64,000 nt of DNA. It comes from the human T2T-CHM13v2.0 reference genome, Homo sapiens. The translations under genes were made by a program, and so were the position numbers. The notes below the pieces were generated by a model. That model saw only the letters and a program-made list of their open reading frames with translations, was not told the DNA's origin and did no database searches. The stretch lies in the NCBI RefSeq assembly GCF_009914755.1, contig NC_060932.1. One strand, given 5' to 3'. Shown here one piece after another: positions 37,361 through 51,399 of the stretch. Positions within the stretch are counted from its first letter, which is position 1. Every line of letters begins with the position of its first letter.

Positions 37361-38662
37361 TCAGCTAGAAACATCAACACGACTGATTGCTACTACTTCA
37401 ATAATTCTGCCACTTTTCATCTTGTTCCAATGAAATATTTCAAAGTTTGCCCCTTACCCGGGCACACCTGCCACAGCCCACCCTGGTGCCCATGCCAGCC
37501 CTCCACCGCCCCTCGATGACCCTGTGTCCAGCCTCCCACCCCTTCGCCTGCTCCAGGGTGCTGCTCCAGCGTCCGTCTGCCCCCATTCCCCGCTGCAGCT
37601 TCCCAGCAGCCCCTTGCCCCTGCAGGCCACCTGCCCTTTGACATTTCTTCTTGTCCTCACCCCCGGTTCTCTGATGGTCCCTCCTGCCCCTCCGCTCACT
37701 GGGTGCCGACCCAGTCCGAATTCCCTCTGCCCTCCACTGGGGCTGCCAGTGACATCCATGGTGCAAAACCCTGTTCTCGGGCATCCGTGCCGCCCACTGC
37801 ATTTGGCGCTACTGATGCGCATGCCCTCTCCTCCTCTCCCTGCCGCATCTTGGGCTGCATTCTTGAGGCTCCACTGGGGCCTGTGAGGGCTGAGGCCACG
37901 GCCCCAGGGCCAGGTTCCCCCAGAACAGTGGGTCCCTGTCAGCACCTGCTTCCACCCCAGCGGCACTTCCCCAAACTCTCTTCCCGTCCAGTTGCCCCAA
38001 ACCTGCTGCCTCGTCCCCACGTCCATTTGCCCCTAAACGTGCTGCCTCATCCCCATGCCCATCCACCCTGAGCTCAGGGCCCTTCCGCACCCCCAATGCC
38101 TTCCTTCCCAGAATGGGAGGGAACACTGGATCCCTTCTTTCACCGTGGCCCATGCTGCCCTTTGATGCCTGAGCCCTGAGGCAGGGCAGCCCCCATCCCC
38201 CTTCTACAGAGGGAGGGGAGGCGGGATCAGCTCACAGAGCTGGAGGGCAGCTGGGCTCCCCTGTCCCAGGAGGGAGTGGGGGGCGCTGAGGAGGTGCCTG
38301 GTGCCTGCGGATCCCTCCATGGCCACAGGACAGACCCCAGAATCTGCCTTTGACCACCTTCTGGGCCATGGAGGGTGGGAGGGGCAGGCTCCCTGCCCCT
38401 CACCGAGGCTCCAATTCAGCAGGACCAGGACCGGCCCAGCCTCTGCCTGGTGCTCCTTGCTGTCTCTGCTCCTGGACCTCACCGAGGTTCTGGGGGCTGG
38501 GGCTGGGGCAGATGGCCCCCACACTCCTGCCTCTGAGCCATGGGCACCCCGCGGCATCAGCCTGCACTGCCAGGCCTGCACCTCAACTCCCGCAGCTGAG
38601 GCCCCGCCACATCTGTGACTTTCCCTCCTCTCTGTCTCTCCCGCCTTTGACCCTGCTCCCAG

Positions 38663-38806
38663 TTCTCAGCATCCATAAGCTCCCAGCCAGCGGAGCCACT
38701 GACATCAGCTTCCCCATGAAGGGCTGGCGGGCCACGGGTGACTGGGCCAAGGTGCCAGAGGACAGGGTCACTGTGTCCAAGAGTGTCTTCTCCACGGGGC
38801 TGACAG
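38663..38806 (+). CDS. ADGRB1: Exon 14, GAIN domain
   Basis: [48 protein letters not shown]; 144 nt. Confidence 0.96.
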
Positions 38807-39333
38807 GTGAGGGGCCCAGGGAGTGGAGGGGGACCTTCATGGGGGACGTGGGCCCCAGAGTCGGACGGTCACCACCCTTCTGGAGTCTAGCTGCTGCCTC
38901 AGAGTTGGGCGGTTCTCAAGGGGGTCCTCTTTTCCAGGAAGCCCTCCTTGCCCTCTCTGGGGCCAGGGCCTGCGGATCAACCCTGAGGCCCAGGCAGAGG
39001 GGTCAAGATGAACCACCTTGCTTCAGGGAGGGACAGGGAGTCACGTGTCAAGGACCCTGTTACCTGGAAGAGAGCCATGTCCTGCCTGCCCATAGCTCTC
39101 AGGATGCCCCAGGGAATGGCCCGGTCTCCCTCTTCCCACGTGGCTGTTGCCCCAGCTCCCTGGCTGCAGCACTGTGTCCGTGGGTGGGTGGGCCTCACCA
39201 TCCGCCAGGGCCCTGGACACGACCTTGAAGATGGGCGGCAGATGCCAGTGACAGCGGGGTCCAGGCCAGGCTGCCAAGTCCCACCCTGGCTGTGGGGATG
39301 GCGGGCCGGGGTTGACAGTGCACTTTCTTCCAG

Positions 39334-39409
39334 AGGCCGATGAAGCATCCGTGTTTGTGGTGGGCACCGTGCTCTACAGGAACCTGGGCAGCTTCCTGGC
39401 CCTGCAGAG
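39334..39409 (+). CDS. ADGRB1: Exon 15, GAIN domain
   Basis: [26 protein letters not shown]; 76 nt. Confidence 0.96.
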
Positions 39410-39634
39410 GTGGGGAGCCCTGGGCAGGTGGGGTGGGCAGTGCAGGGCAGGTGGGGTGGGCAGGACCCCAGCCACAGGATGTGAAGGGGGAGGCCAGGGG
39501 GCCTGGAGGAGTGTGGATGATGGGCTGTGGAGGGTGGCGGCGGGTACAGGGGCCCTCGGGGGCACCTGGGGAAGGGCCAGGAGGAGCCTGGGCTGGGAGG
39601 GCTCCCCCGACACCTGTGCCTCTGGCTCTTGCAG

Positions 39635-39737
39635 GAACACGACCGTCCTGAATTCTAAGGTGATCTCCGTGACTGTGAAACCCCCGCCTCGCTCCCTGCG
39701 CACACCCTTGGAGATCGAGTTTGCCCACATGTATAAT
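39635..39737 (+). CDS. ADGRB1: Exon 16, GAIN domain
   Basis: [34 protein letters not shown]; 103 nt. Confidence 0.96.
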
Positions 39738-41070
39738 GTGAGTGCCGTCCACGTGCACACTCTGATGCCAGCAGAAACGCGTGTGCGCGAATTCTGTCCC
39801 ACTCCTCAGCCACTAAGCCTTTGGGGCCTCCTCACAACAGCTTTAACCTTCGAGAGCTGCTTTTATCCCTGGATTACAGGTGGGGAAACAGGCTCAGAGA
39901 GGTGCGGTGACTTGCCCGGGGTCACACAGCAAGTGAGGTGCCGAAACCCCATCTGTGCCTGACTCCCCACCTGGGCTCCAACCACTCTGCCCTCCAGCCC
40001 CCATTGGCCTGGTCATTCCGCTTCTGAGAAGTGGAGCCCGTCCCATGACTTCTGGCCCCCTAACGCCTGGCCACCAAGAAGCTGGGGGTGTAAGTACACC
40101 CTCTGCCGGCACCGCCAGGACTGACGCCAGGCCTCGCCTGCAGGGGCCCTGGGATTTCAGCACGGGAGCGTCCCCCCAGAACTCCCTGGCGGGAAGCCCC
40201 AGCCTCCAGGCCACGGCTGCTATGTGAGCCCTGCCAGGTCCCAACCCTGCTCCTTGGAGCTCTCCAGAGCCCTTCCTTGGGCCTCAGAGGAGTAGGGGCC
40301 GAGATGCCCTTCTGATGGGCCGAGAACCAGGGCCCCCAGGGAACACGTTGCCTGGGTTACCGCACCAGGACTGGGCAGTGCCAGGCCTCCAGCCCAGGCC
40401 AGGGCTGTAGGAAGCCACGGGAGAACCCAGCCCTGTCCTTTCTAGCTGTGTGACCTTGGGAGAGTTGTTCAGCCTCTCCGTGCCATGGTTCCCTCCCTTA
40501 TCAAGTGGGAACAATAGGGCTGGGTGAGGACTGAGTCTCACAGCTGCTCAGAGCAGGCCACACCTGAGAGCCACCCTCAGGAGCTGTGGCCATCTCTGCT
40601 GTCACTGCCCCATCTTGGCAGTGCTAGTGTGTGGCAGGCCTGGCAAGGCTGTGTCCCAGGAATGCTAGCAGGACGTCAGAGCAGTGCAGGGTGCTTACAG
40701 AGGCCACTGTGTGCCCGGTGACCCCTGCTCACTAGGCCCCGGGGGAAGGGTCTTCCCATCACCCTACTTCATACCAGAGACGGACTTCAGCCATTGCTGC
40801 CCAGCCTGGCCACTGGACCTGGGCTCTGGGAGGGGCCAGGAGCTGCCCGAGGCCACATGGGTGGTGGGGGCTTGTGCCAAGCCCAGGTGACCTTGGGCCA
40901 CTGCTGTCTCCACCCTGGACTCAGTTTCCTCCTCGCAAAACGCAGTCTGTTCAGGGACCCGCACAGGTAGCATGCCTGGTAGCACACCTTTAGGTGGGTC
41001 CCATGGTGACCCGAGGGTGGGGGCTGGTCCTGGCTGCCAGGGGCCCTGACTCCTCTCCCCTCTCTCCCAG

Positions 41071-41114
41071 GGCACCACCAACCAGACCTGTATCCTGTGG
41101 GATGAGACGGATGT
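41071..41114 (+). CDS. ADGRB1: Exon 17, start of GPS motif
   Basis: GTTNQTCILWDETDV; ctcccag| and |gtaagt; 44 nt. Confidence 0.95.
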
Positions 41115-42354
41115 GTAAGTTCACTTGGATTTCATGGCCGTGGGGGTCTGGGGTGGGGTTCGTGGGAGGCTGGCCCAGTAGGGGAGGGGTGCAGGTTTCA
41201 GGTCTTGTCCACTTGCCCCCCAGCTGTCTGTGTACCCGCATGGGCCTCCGTGTCACCACCTGTCACTCACTGTCTGGCTCTGGAGCCCACCAGGCCGCCT
41301 CCCACCCCCTCCCAGGGATGTCCACAGTTCAGGGAGGAGCGGACGTGGAGGTCCAACCACAGGCCAGGTGATGGGCAGGCGTCCTGGCCTGCCACCTGCC
41401 CCCAGCCCCCAGCCCCATGCCCACAGCAGGTGGAATCCTGACATTCAGGTCTGCAGGTGGGTGCCAGGCACTGAGGGGCTGCGAAAGCTTCCATGACAGA
41501 CCAGGGCAGCATGGAGTGGAACTGGAACTTCAGGCTCATCAGATGGGGGCGTGGGCCCCTGGGGTCTTCAGTGGCCATATATCCTGTGCCAGTTGCAGGC
41601 CAAGCACTTGTTGGGTGCCGGCTGGCCCAGGCGCTGTGGCACAGCTGGAGCAAGTTCCACGCCCCATGTGGGGTTCCGCAAGGAGCAGTCAGGCTGTGGG
41701 GTGCCATCTCGGGGCCCTGGTGGGTGTGCCAGAGTGGGGCCATCCTCCCAGACAGCAAGGTGGGGGCAGCGAAGAGAAGCTCGCCCAGTCACAGGAAGAG
41801 TCTGTGTAAAGGCCCAAAGTGCCAGCGCCCAGGGCTGAGCTAGGCCAGGACGTGGGGAGATGGATAGAGCGATGGCGGCCGGGTCCCGACATGCGGCTCC
41901 GGCCTGAGGGGTCCTCAGTGTGTGGTCGGGGACCTGGGTGTGTGCACCCTGCCGCCCGCCTCCTCCGAGCGTGTTCCTCCGGCTCCCTCAGCCCCAGTCC
42001 CTCCTGGCTGCTCTGACATCACCAGCCTCAGGCCTCCCTGCACCCCTTTCCCGGGCTGAGTGTGTGCGGTCAGCATGGCCACCTGGGTGCCAGTGGCACT
42101 TGTGATGGTCCCTTGCGTGGTGGGTAGTTCAGTGACAAGGGAAGGCTCTGTGAGTGGCAGGCGTTGGAGGACAAGGCTGCCTGACAGGGAGAGGGAGGCA
42201 GGTGGCTCAGGAGGAGACAGCTGGAGCAAGGGCAGGGAGGCTGAGGGCATGAGGAGCAGGGAGCCGGCCAGGAGGAGCAGGCAGAGGCAGGCAGGGGCTC
42301 AGGGGAGGCCGCGGCAGGGTGAGGACAGTTAGTGGGGGCTGGGTGTCATGACTC

Positions 42355-42550
42355 TCCACCTACCCACCACCCATCCACCCTCTCCTCTGTCTGCCTGTTC
42401 TTTAATCTATACCCACTGCCACCACCCTCCACCCACCAACCATCAACCCTCTCCTTCGTCCACCTGTTCTTTAATCTATATCCACTGCCACCACCCTCTA
42501 CCCACCACCCATCCACCGCTCCTCCGTCCGCCTGTTCTTTAATCCATCCG
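42355..42550 (+). repeat. Short tandem repeat, about 3 copies
   Basis: cccaccacccatccacc...cctgttctttaatc repeated three times. Confidence 0.8.
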
Positions 42551-44464
42551 CCCATCGCCCACTGCTCACCACCCTTCCTCCGGCGGTCACTACCCTCTGA
42601 TGGGCACTATTCTGGCAGGTCCCAGCCTTTAGCCTCCTCTCCCCAGTGAGGAGGGATGGGGAACAGGGACAGACGGAGCAGTGTGGTGATGCCCGGCCGT
42701 GCATGGGCCGGGAAGGGAAGCTAGCAGGGTCTGGATGCGGGTGGGGAGGGGCCTTTGCAAGCAGGGTCATGCACGCCTCCGAGGGAAGGGGAGGTTTCGG
42801 CAGAGGCCTGGCAAGCACAGCTCTGCGTGTGAGTGTCTGGGGATGAGCGTCGCAGGGGAAGGAGCAGCCGGGGCAAAGGCCTCAAGGTGGGATTGGCAGG
42901 TCACACCAGGCTCCTGCCTTCTCTGCACCCCACATGGTGGACTCTGCTATGTTTCCTGCCCTGGGTCTGGGGTTGGCAGCTGGGCTGGGGAAAGCTGGGT
43001 GCCCTGCAGCCCTGGGGAGCCAGCTCTCTAGCTCTCGTAAGGGTGGAAAAAGAAAATGCAAGAAGAAAGCCCCCCTGCTTGCATGACCCAGGCCCACCCC
43101 TGGGCTTTGCATTTTCAGGGGGTGGCAGTGCGGGGGCTGCAGGTGGGTCTCTCACCCCCACAGCCCCAGCACTTCCACCAGCACAGGCCCCTCCCCACAG
43201 TGCAGAAACCCTCCATCCGGGCTGTTCGCCGGCCGCGGCAGCTCTCGGGGGGCTGCGCCCTGGTTCACTCAACCAGCCCCTGCTGGTGGCCTTCAGGAGC
43301 CTTCCCTCTCTACCAGCATAAATGCCAGCGTGACCAGCGATCTTGCGAGGACAGCTTCACCCGTACTTCTGATTGCTCCCTGGGGATCAGTCCCCAGGCA
43401 GTCTTGTCAGGTGGAGGGTGTGGGCCCCTGGGGGGCCTGCAGAGTAAATTGCTTTTTAGAAAGGAAAGCATCCCCTTTGTCCTCCAGGGCAGCAGGCTGT
43501 GAGGGGCCTGTCCAGTGAGCCGGGACAAGGACACTGCCCCAGGGACCCAACTGTGGCCGAAGAGGACATGCTGCGTGGCCTTGGGCAGAGCCTGTGCCCT
43601 GGGAGCCTTGGCTTCCTGACCCTATGGCCAGGGTCTGCCTGCTTTTAGGCAGGGGCGGGGGCAGCAGGACGGCGGTCAAGTCCCCAGGGTGTTTGGCGTC
43701 CGCGTGGCCTCTGTCGACCCTAAAAGTCACAGGTGTGGGGAAGGCCCAGGACCCGCCAGTCACACCAGGTGTTCCACCCACCCCGTCACCGGCTGGGTGC
43801 GCTGAGTGCTAAGGTCTTGGTGCCTGGGTCCAGGACTTCAGGACAGGAGGACAGGAGGCAGGTGCCGGTGTGGCCCACGCAGTGCCTGGCAGCATTGTGC
43901 CCAAGTTGCCTCTTGGGTCCTTGACCCTGCCCGGCAGCCAGGCCACGCTGCACACCTGCTGCCTGTGAGGAGCTGAGGCCCTGAGACTCCTACAGTCCCG
44001 CTGAAAGCACAGCGCAGTGATCGAGGCCTTCTGCTCTGGAACTGGGCAGCCTGGAGCCCTAGAGGGCGGGCCACGGCTGGCAGGGAAGGACTGGGACTGA
44101 CCTCGGTCCCCTTCCTTCTGCCCCTCACCTCCCCTCCACTCTGAGTTGGATGGCACCTCCCTTGACTGCTGCAGGGGCCACTCCTCGCCCTGTGAACTGT
44201 CTCCGGGGAGCTGAGTTTCCCAGTTGACCTGAAGTGGAGACCACGGGCAGGGGCCCAGGTCTGTTTCCACCAGGGCACCAAGGGACCGGGTCCAAGCTGG
44301 TGTGGGCCTGTGTCGGTGTGCACTTGGATGGGAAAGAGTCTCATGCGTCTGGGGAGGGGTTCTGTGTGTGAGGAGCACAGTGGTTTGTGGCGGGAGGGGA
44401 GTGAGAGCCATCAGTCACCATCAGCTGAGAAGTAGTGAACTCTTAGAGCTGTAATCATTATTCA

Positions 44465-44730
44465 GAACTGAACTGGTCACAGATAGAGCCCAGATCCCAA
44501 ACTCAGACTGAGTTTTTACCCTGTTCACACACTGAGTTCTGATCCTACTCACTCACTGAGCCCTGATCCTGGTCATAGGCTGAGCCCTGATCCTAGTCAC
44601 ATACTAAGCCCTGATCCTGGTCACAGGCTGAGCCCTGGCCCAGTTCATACATTGAGCCCAGATCTTAGCCACACATAGTCCTGACCTTGGTCATACACTG
44701 GGCCCTGATCCTGGTCACAGGCTGAGTCCT
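44465..44730 (+). repeat. Third, degenerate copy of the intron-11 minisatellite
   Basis: ctgagccctgatcctggtca units. Confidence 0.85.
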
Positions 44731-45711
44731 GCTCTGGTGTCTTAGCTGGAATGACTTGTGTGTGTCACATGCTTGTAGGGCCACCTCCTCTTCCAGCCAC
44801 ATACAGCAACTGACCATGTGACCCACTCAGCCTAGAAAGACTTACAGGCTTCCACTGCAATGCAAGTCACCTGCCTGCCTCACCCCGGTTGTGCAGACAC
44901 ACTTGCACCCATGGGCTCAACACTCAAGCCCATGATGTCTGCTCATGCTCTGTAAACCCTGAGCCCTAAGAGCACCTGGTGTCCCTGCACCCCAGCAACT
45001 AGATCCGTAACCAAACCCCAACCTCCCAGGCCCAAACACCCTGGGTCATCCAGTCCTGAACGCTGGCCTGGCAGCATGGCTCAGGTGCTCCTGCTCCCCC
45101 ACACCCCTGCACCAGCCTGGCTTGTAGTGCTGAGGGCCTGGGGAATGGGGATGCTAGGGAGGAAAATGGGGAGCAAAGCGGGGGGTGGGGGTTGCAGAGT
45201 TCTCATATGTTTCAAGCCATAGACACTGCCCCTACCGTAGCCCATCCCTGTATAGTTCCTTGACCACAGGTGTCTCTACTGGAGTGGGGTGGAGGGCGGG
45301 GACAGTGGCAGTTATGTCAAAGTCATGTCTGTATCCCTAGAATTGAGCCCTGACCCAGTGAGAATCAACAGTGGTTTATGAGCAAGGCAGTGATTACGTG
45401 GCTGAATGCAGAAATGGATGTGCGAAGGGGTTCTTGGTAGGCAGTGTGGACAAGCGGGGGTGTGGATAATCTGTGGGAGCCGGCTGTTTGCCAGAGGGAT
45501 GCACCCAGGGTGCAGCTGTGGGTTGCTGGGGGATGGGGAGGCAGCGGAAGAACAGTCTCATGGCTGGGTGAGTGACCAGTGATGGCTGGCATGGGAAAGG
45601 GTGGGTGGGCGGACTGTGGATGACAGCATGCATGGAAGGCTAGAGACAGGGGTGGATGGATGGGTGACTGAGAGAAGGAAAGAAGATGGAAGGTGTCTGG
45701 AAGGATAGAGA

Positions 45712-46160
45712 TTCAGTTTCCCAGGGCTGCCCTAACAAACTGCCAAAATTACCACAAACCAGGTGGTTTAAAACAACAGATATCTATTATCTCCCAGTTC
45801 TGGAGGCCAGAATCTTGAAATCAAAGTGTTAGTAGGGCCATGCTCCTTCCAAAGGCTCTAGGAAAGATTCCTTCCTTGCCTCTTCCAGCTTCTGGTGGCT
45901 CTAGGAAATCCTTGGTGTTCCTTGGCTTGTGGCGGCGTCACTCCAGTCTCTGCTGCTGTCTTTTCCTGGCCTTCTGTCTTGTGTATCTCTGTACTTTCCT
46001 CTTCTTGTAAGGACCCCAATAATGGATCTGTGCCCCCCCGCCAAACCCAGTGTGGTATCAGTCAAGATCCATAACTCAATTACATCTACAAAAACCATGT
46101 TTCCAAATAAAATCATATTCGTAGGTTCTGGGGGTTAGGACTTGGACATATATTGGGGAG
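45712..46160 (-). mobile_element. MaLR solo LTR (MLT1-like)
   Basis: tcagtttcccagggctgcc...ttaaaacaacaga...cagttctggaggccagaa...ggggttaggacttggacatat. Confidence 0.8.
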
Positions 46161-46800
46161 AAGTGGATGATGGATGGATGGATGAGTAGATGGGTGGGTG
46201 GATGAGTGCATGAGTGGGTGGGCGGGTGGGTGGATGGATAGGTGGGTGGGTGGATGGGTGGATGGATACGTGGGTGGCTGGATGGATGTGTAAATGGTAG
46301 ATAGATGGATGAGTGAATAGGTGAATGGGTGGATGGATAGGTGGGTGTGTGAATGACTGGATGTGTGGATAGAGGTATGGATGGATGGGTGGGTGGCTGG
46401 CTGGATGTATAGATGGTAGATGGGTGGACGGGTGAATAGGTGTGTGGGTGGGTGGGTGGATGGGTGCGTGAATGACTGAATGTGTGGATGGAGGTATGGG
46501 TGGATGGATAGATGGGTGGCTGGCTGGATGTAGAGATGGTAGATGGGTGGATGGGTGAATAGATGGGTGGGTAGATGGGTGTGTGGGTGGCTGGATGTGC
46601 AGATGGAGGTATGGATGGGTGGGTGGCTGGCTGGATGTGTAGATGGATAGATGGGTGAATAGGTGGGTGGATAGGTGTGTGGGTGACTGGATGTGTGAAT
46701 GGAGGTATGGACGGCTGGGTGGGTGGCTGGATACATGAGTGGATGAGTGAATGATGGGTGGAGAAAAGGATGGGCTGGTGGGTGACAGGAAGTTGATGGA
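46160..46800 (+). repeat. (GGAT/GGGT)n simple repeat
   Basis: tggatggatgggtgg runs. Confidence 0.9.
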
Positions 46801-49800
46801 GGCCAGTAGCACACATTGGGAGTTAGGTTCTGTGGTCCTGAAAGGACAGCTCCCTGGGTGTTTTACACGTAAGAGTTGCAAATATCTTTCAGTCTTTTAA
46901 AACTGCTTTAAAAAATGTAAATAACCCAGAGTTTACCGAGTATAAAAGTCAGAGCTAGCAAGATCCTGAAAGATCATGCACTCTGTCTTTACTCGAAGCG
47001 TGGTTCAGTGGAGTCCCAGAGCGGGGATGTTAGTACAAGCCGGGCCACAGACCTGAAGCCCTTACCATGCTACCCTAGCGTTTATGGGGTGTTCTGCCAG
47101 AAGCCAGCCCATCCTCATGGCTTTAGGAAGGGCAGCGTTCCGTGTGCTCCCAAGTCCGTATTGACCATAATGACCTGAGAAGTCCTGCAGGAGACTCCTG
47201 TCCAACTGGGCTGGGAGTTTCCCAACTTTGCTGGCTCTCAGAACCCTTATTCTGCCAGACATGGTCCCCTCCTGGTAGGCGTGTGTGGAAGGAGGACGTG
47301 TGAGAGGCACATTTGCTGGACTCCTTTCCTGAAGCTCAGCCTCAGGCCAGGCACCATGAGAGCTGCCTCACTCAGTGCACACAGGCTGTCTCAGCTCACA
47401 CGTCTTTATTAACCGATTTTACAGCTGAGGAGACTGAGGCCCAGAGTGCTCACTGGCAGATCCAGGGCCACCTCATGGTTGTTCCCATCTGGCCTGTGCG
47501 GGCCTCCAGCCCTGCCTCCTGTGGGGCCCCTGTCAGGTTCAGCTGTCCTGGCTCGGGACCCAGACCCTGGTCCCTCCCTGGGACCCCTGCCCAAGCGAGC
47601 ATCCTGGTCCCTTTAAGAGCCTCTCCCTCACCCACCCCTTTCCTGGTTTCCTTGGAGAGGGCAGTGAGGGGGCAGGCCAAGGGGGGGGAAGCGGAAGGAA
47701 GACTTGGCAGGGTCCCCGGGTCGCTGTCAGCAGCCGGTTCCCAGCTCAGTCTCTCCCACGCCGGCCGGTTCCTGATGGGGGCAGAGGAGGCTGGGGGAGG
47801 GGTGCAGGGGGAGGGGACGCACCCAACACAGAGGCCTCTTTGGTGGCCTGGGAAGAGCCTCAGTATCTGCACCATGATTGAGGAGGGAGGAGGAGGATGA
47901 GCCTCTCCCAGCTTGGGTGGGGCCTCGGGGACAGGGGAGAGGTGGAGTGCTGCTCTCAAAGATGAGCCCACCCTGGCCTAGCTTCTGCCCCTGCAGCAGC
48001 TTGGGCCTGGCACCAGCCCCTTCCCGGGTACCCCTTTCTCTGAATGTCCTCTTGGTTGGTCCTTGGGTAGGGGCAGCAGGGGCTGGCAGAGGCCTGTGTG
48101 GGCCTGTTCTTTCTGGGCGCAGGGTCCTTGCCCATGCAGGGGCTCGTGGCAGCTTTCAGAGCTGGAGGGAATGGACCAGGTCGTAAGGTCACGGCTGCGG
48201 GCAAGCCCCCATGGCCTGAACTTCGAGTGGGCTAGCCTCCTCCCAGTCCAGGACAGACCCTTGGGCCTGCCCAAGGTCTCTGCATCTGGGAATGGACCCA
48301 GCTCTTCTGCCTGGCCCAGGGGCCTCTCAGCTGCCCTTACCCAGGCCCTCTTACTCCCCCACAGGGCCTGCTTGGGAACTCTGGGACCCCATCTGTCCCT
48401 GCCCAGTGCCCTCTTCTCCACGTGCTCCAGGCTGTCTCTGCCCACTGCCCTGCCCCCCTACCCCTGTCTCTTTCTTCCTGGCAGCGGCTCCGATCTGCAG
48501 TGAATCCTTGGATCCGTGTGTGTTCGATCCACCCTACCCCAGCAGAGCAGAAGCCCCCGAGGGCAGGGCCTGGATCTCTGCCATGGCTCCAGGCACACAG
48601 CACCCCTCAGGAGGAGTTTGTTCAGGGAGTCTGAGTGTGCCCCGTGTTAACAGGGTCACTCCCTCTCTGGAGCTGGGGGCTTCCACATTCATTGGCTCAC
48701 ACACTCAGGCTGCCCAGGACGCAGCTGTGAGTTGCCCCGGGTGCCTGCTTGGGCCTCTGTGTCCTGAGGGCTGGGGGCGTGCAAGTCTTATAGTTGGGGC
48801 TGGCAGCCAGGGCAGCCCCTCCCTCAAGCACAGAATTCGTAGATCTGGCCACACTGGCTGTGCGCGCCCAGGCCTCAGTTTCCTTAACTGTGCAATGGGA
48901 CAGGAGATGAGGGACCACTATATTGAGAGTCTGTGCCCTCCTCCCAGTCCAGGGAGCTTCCTGGGCAACTGGAGACCACCAGCCACCAGCAAGGGCCCAG
49001 GGCCGCTGCACCTCCCCTGCCTACCACTCCCCGCACACCTCCCGCCTGCCCACCCCTCCCCTGCCCACACTACCCCTCCTGCCTCCATTCTTTTTCTTCT
49101 ATAGAAAGTCTGCCAGATGCATGGCCTGTGACAGCCCCCATGTGGCATAGCTGGGAGGGGCTTCGGCAGTGGAGGAGGGGACAGGTGGGCATAACAGACC
49201 CGCTAGTCTGCCTGCCAGACCTCTGTACCACTGCCTCCCCGGGGCCCCAGCCTCTCTCTCCCTCTCTTGGGAGCTTGGCTGTGGCTCCCAGGCCTGCCCC
49301 AACCACAGGCTGCTAGGCCTTTGCTCACCCCTTTCCTGGTGGGCAGTGCTATCCATCCCCCACCAACCCCAGCTGTGCCAAGTGGGGGAGCCCGTGGGCT
49401 GCGAATGCCCACTCCAGGCAGGCCCCTCACTGGCACCCACACACAGGGTAGCTTGGCAGTTGGGAGGGGCAGAGCTCCAGCCCTGTTCCTCACTGGCGGG
49501 GAGGCTGTGGGTGACTTTCTCCAGCCCCGGCCCTGTTCCTCACTGGCAGGGTGGTTATGGGTGACTTCCCCCTCCTCTAGTCTTGGCTCCCGTGTCTTTA
49601 AAGCCAGGCTGCTGTGAGTATTACGGAACGAGAGTTGGGCTGCTCAGCAGGTGGGCACCGTCCTACCCTCCAAGTCCAGGACGGCTTCTGAGAGGATGGC
49701 AGGCAGCCGCTCAAAAGAGCGCCACCCTTGGGGGCCGGAGACTTGGGGTACGGCCACCCGCGTGCTGGGATTCGGGGCCAGTTCTGGGAGTGGGCTTCCT

Positions 49801-50489
49801 AGAGGAAGGGAGGGAGCATGCACTGGCTATGAAGAGGGAGCTGGAGTCCACGCCAGGCCCCAGGCGCCTCAAAGGCCCAGAGGCGGAGTGCCGCGGTGGG
49901 AGCGCTGCCTGCGAGGTGTCTGTGAGAGGTGGGGTTGGGAGCGGCTGGGGTGGGTGGGGCTGCTCAGGCCCTGGGCCTCCGGGGGCCCCTTGCCTGCGTC
50001 CCCATGCCGCCTTTTAGAAGCAGACAGGGTGAGCTCTCTGGCCCTGAAGGTGAGCAGAGATGGAATAGCTGGGGGTAGCGGGGGCGTGCAAGGAGAGGGC
50101 CGCCACTTCCTGGGTGCCTGCTCGGTGCCGGGCCTTCTGCCAGGAGCTTGGAAGAGCCAGACAGGCCCAGACCTGGACCAGAAGCTGGCACTCAGAATGG
50201 GGTCACAGCAGGCTTATGGGTTTGGGCCCAAGTGGAGCGACCCCTCAATGCCCACCCGGCTCCTTTGCACCCAGATGGCCCCTGGCAGCCATCTCAGCCG
50301 GCCCTAGGCCTGGAGCCCTGCCTGTAGGGCTGGCTCCTGGGCCATGTCTGAGCCTCCCTCAGCACGGACAGGTCTGCGACTGGGGCCCCCAGGGCTTCTC
50401 ACGTTCCTCACAATGCAAGACGCCAGTCCCATGGCTGCCGTCCGGCGCTGCCTGGGATCGGGGCAGGCAGGCTGGACATTTGTGTTTCG

Positions 50490-50700
50490 CCCCCGCCCCA
50501 CACCGCTCCTCCACTTCCCCCCGCGCCGCTCCTCCACCTCCCCACGCGCCGCTCCTCCACCTCCCCACGCGCCGCTCCTCCCCCGCCCCCCACGCCGCTC
50601 CTCCCCCGCCCCCCACGCCGCTCCTCCCCTGCCCCCCACGCCGCTCCTCCCCCGCCCCCTACACCGCTCCTCCACCACCCCCCCATGCCCTCCTCCACCT
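50490..50700 (+). repeat. C-rich CpG minisatellite, about 20-21 bp unit
   Basis: cgccgctcctcc(a/c)cc(t/g)cccc(c)a repeated about 8-9 times. Confidence 0.85.
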
Positions 50701-51399
50701 TGGGAGCTCCTCTCAGTCATGCCTCGTGGGGGCGAGGGCATGTGGAGGGGCGGCTGCAGGGGTCCAGGCCACGGGGATGGGCCTGGAAGGCCGTGAGCCT
50801 CTTCCGCTCAGCACCCGTGTCCCTGTCCCCAGGAGCACAATGGCTCATTTAAGGCAGCAGAAAAGGCTTCATCAAAGCCCCACCTTCCCAGGCCCCTCAG
50901 TGTTACCCTGAGGTCAGAGAGGGAGGGTGGTGACTGACTGACTGTTCTGAAGGATGTGGGAAGGCAGGATATGAGGTAGACAAAGGGAAGGACTTCCACG
51001 TGAGCAAGGAGGGCAGAGTGGCCCTGAGTGTCCATTCTCTGACCTTGCCCTTGGTGCACAGGTGCCTGGAAGCAGGGGGATGGTGGAACAATCTGGAGGT
51101 CACCAGAGATGACTGCAGGGAGTGGGGTCAGCCTGGAGATCCCTGGAGGGCAGGGGTGTCAGGTGTGACAGGCAGTGGTGATGGCGTGGATGCCCTGTTG
51201 CTGGTGATGGTGGTGGCCGTCCCTCCTGCCAGCCTGGTTCTGCTTGCACTGCGCCTTGGACATGGTGAGCACGGGATAAACACTTGTTGTCGAATGCTGG
51301 TGACTGTTACCAGGCTAGTGTCAGTTCCAGGGACAGTGACGGAGCTGGTTCTGATGAGGCGATGGCAGTGTTGGAGACGAGAATGATGATGTGCTTATA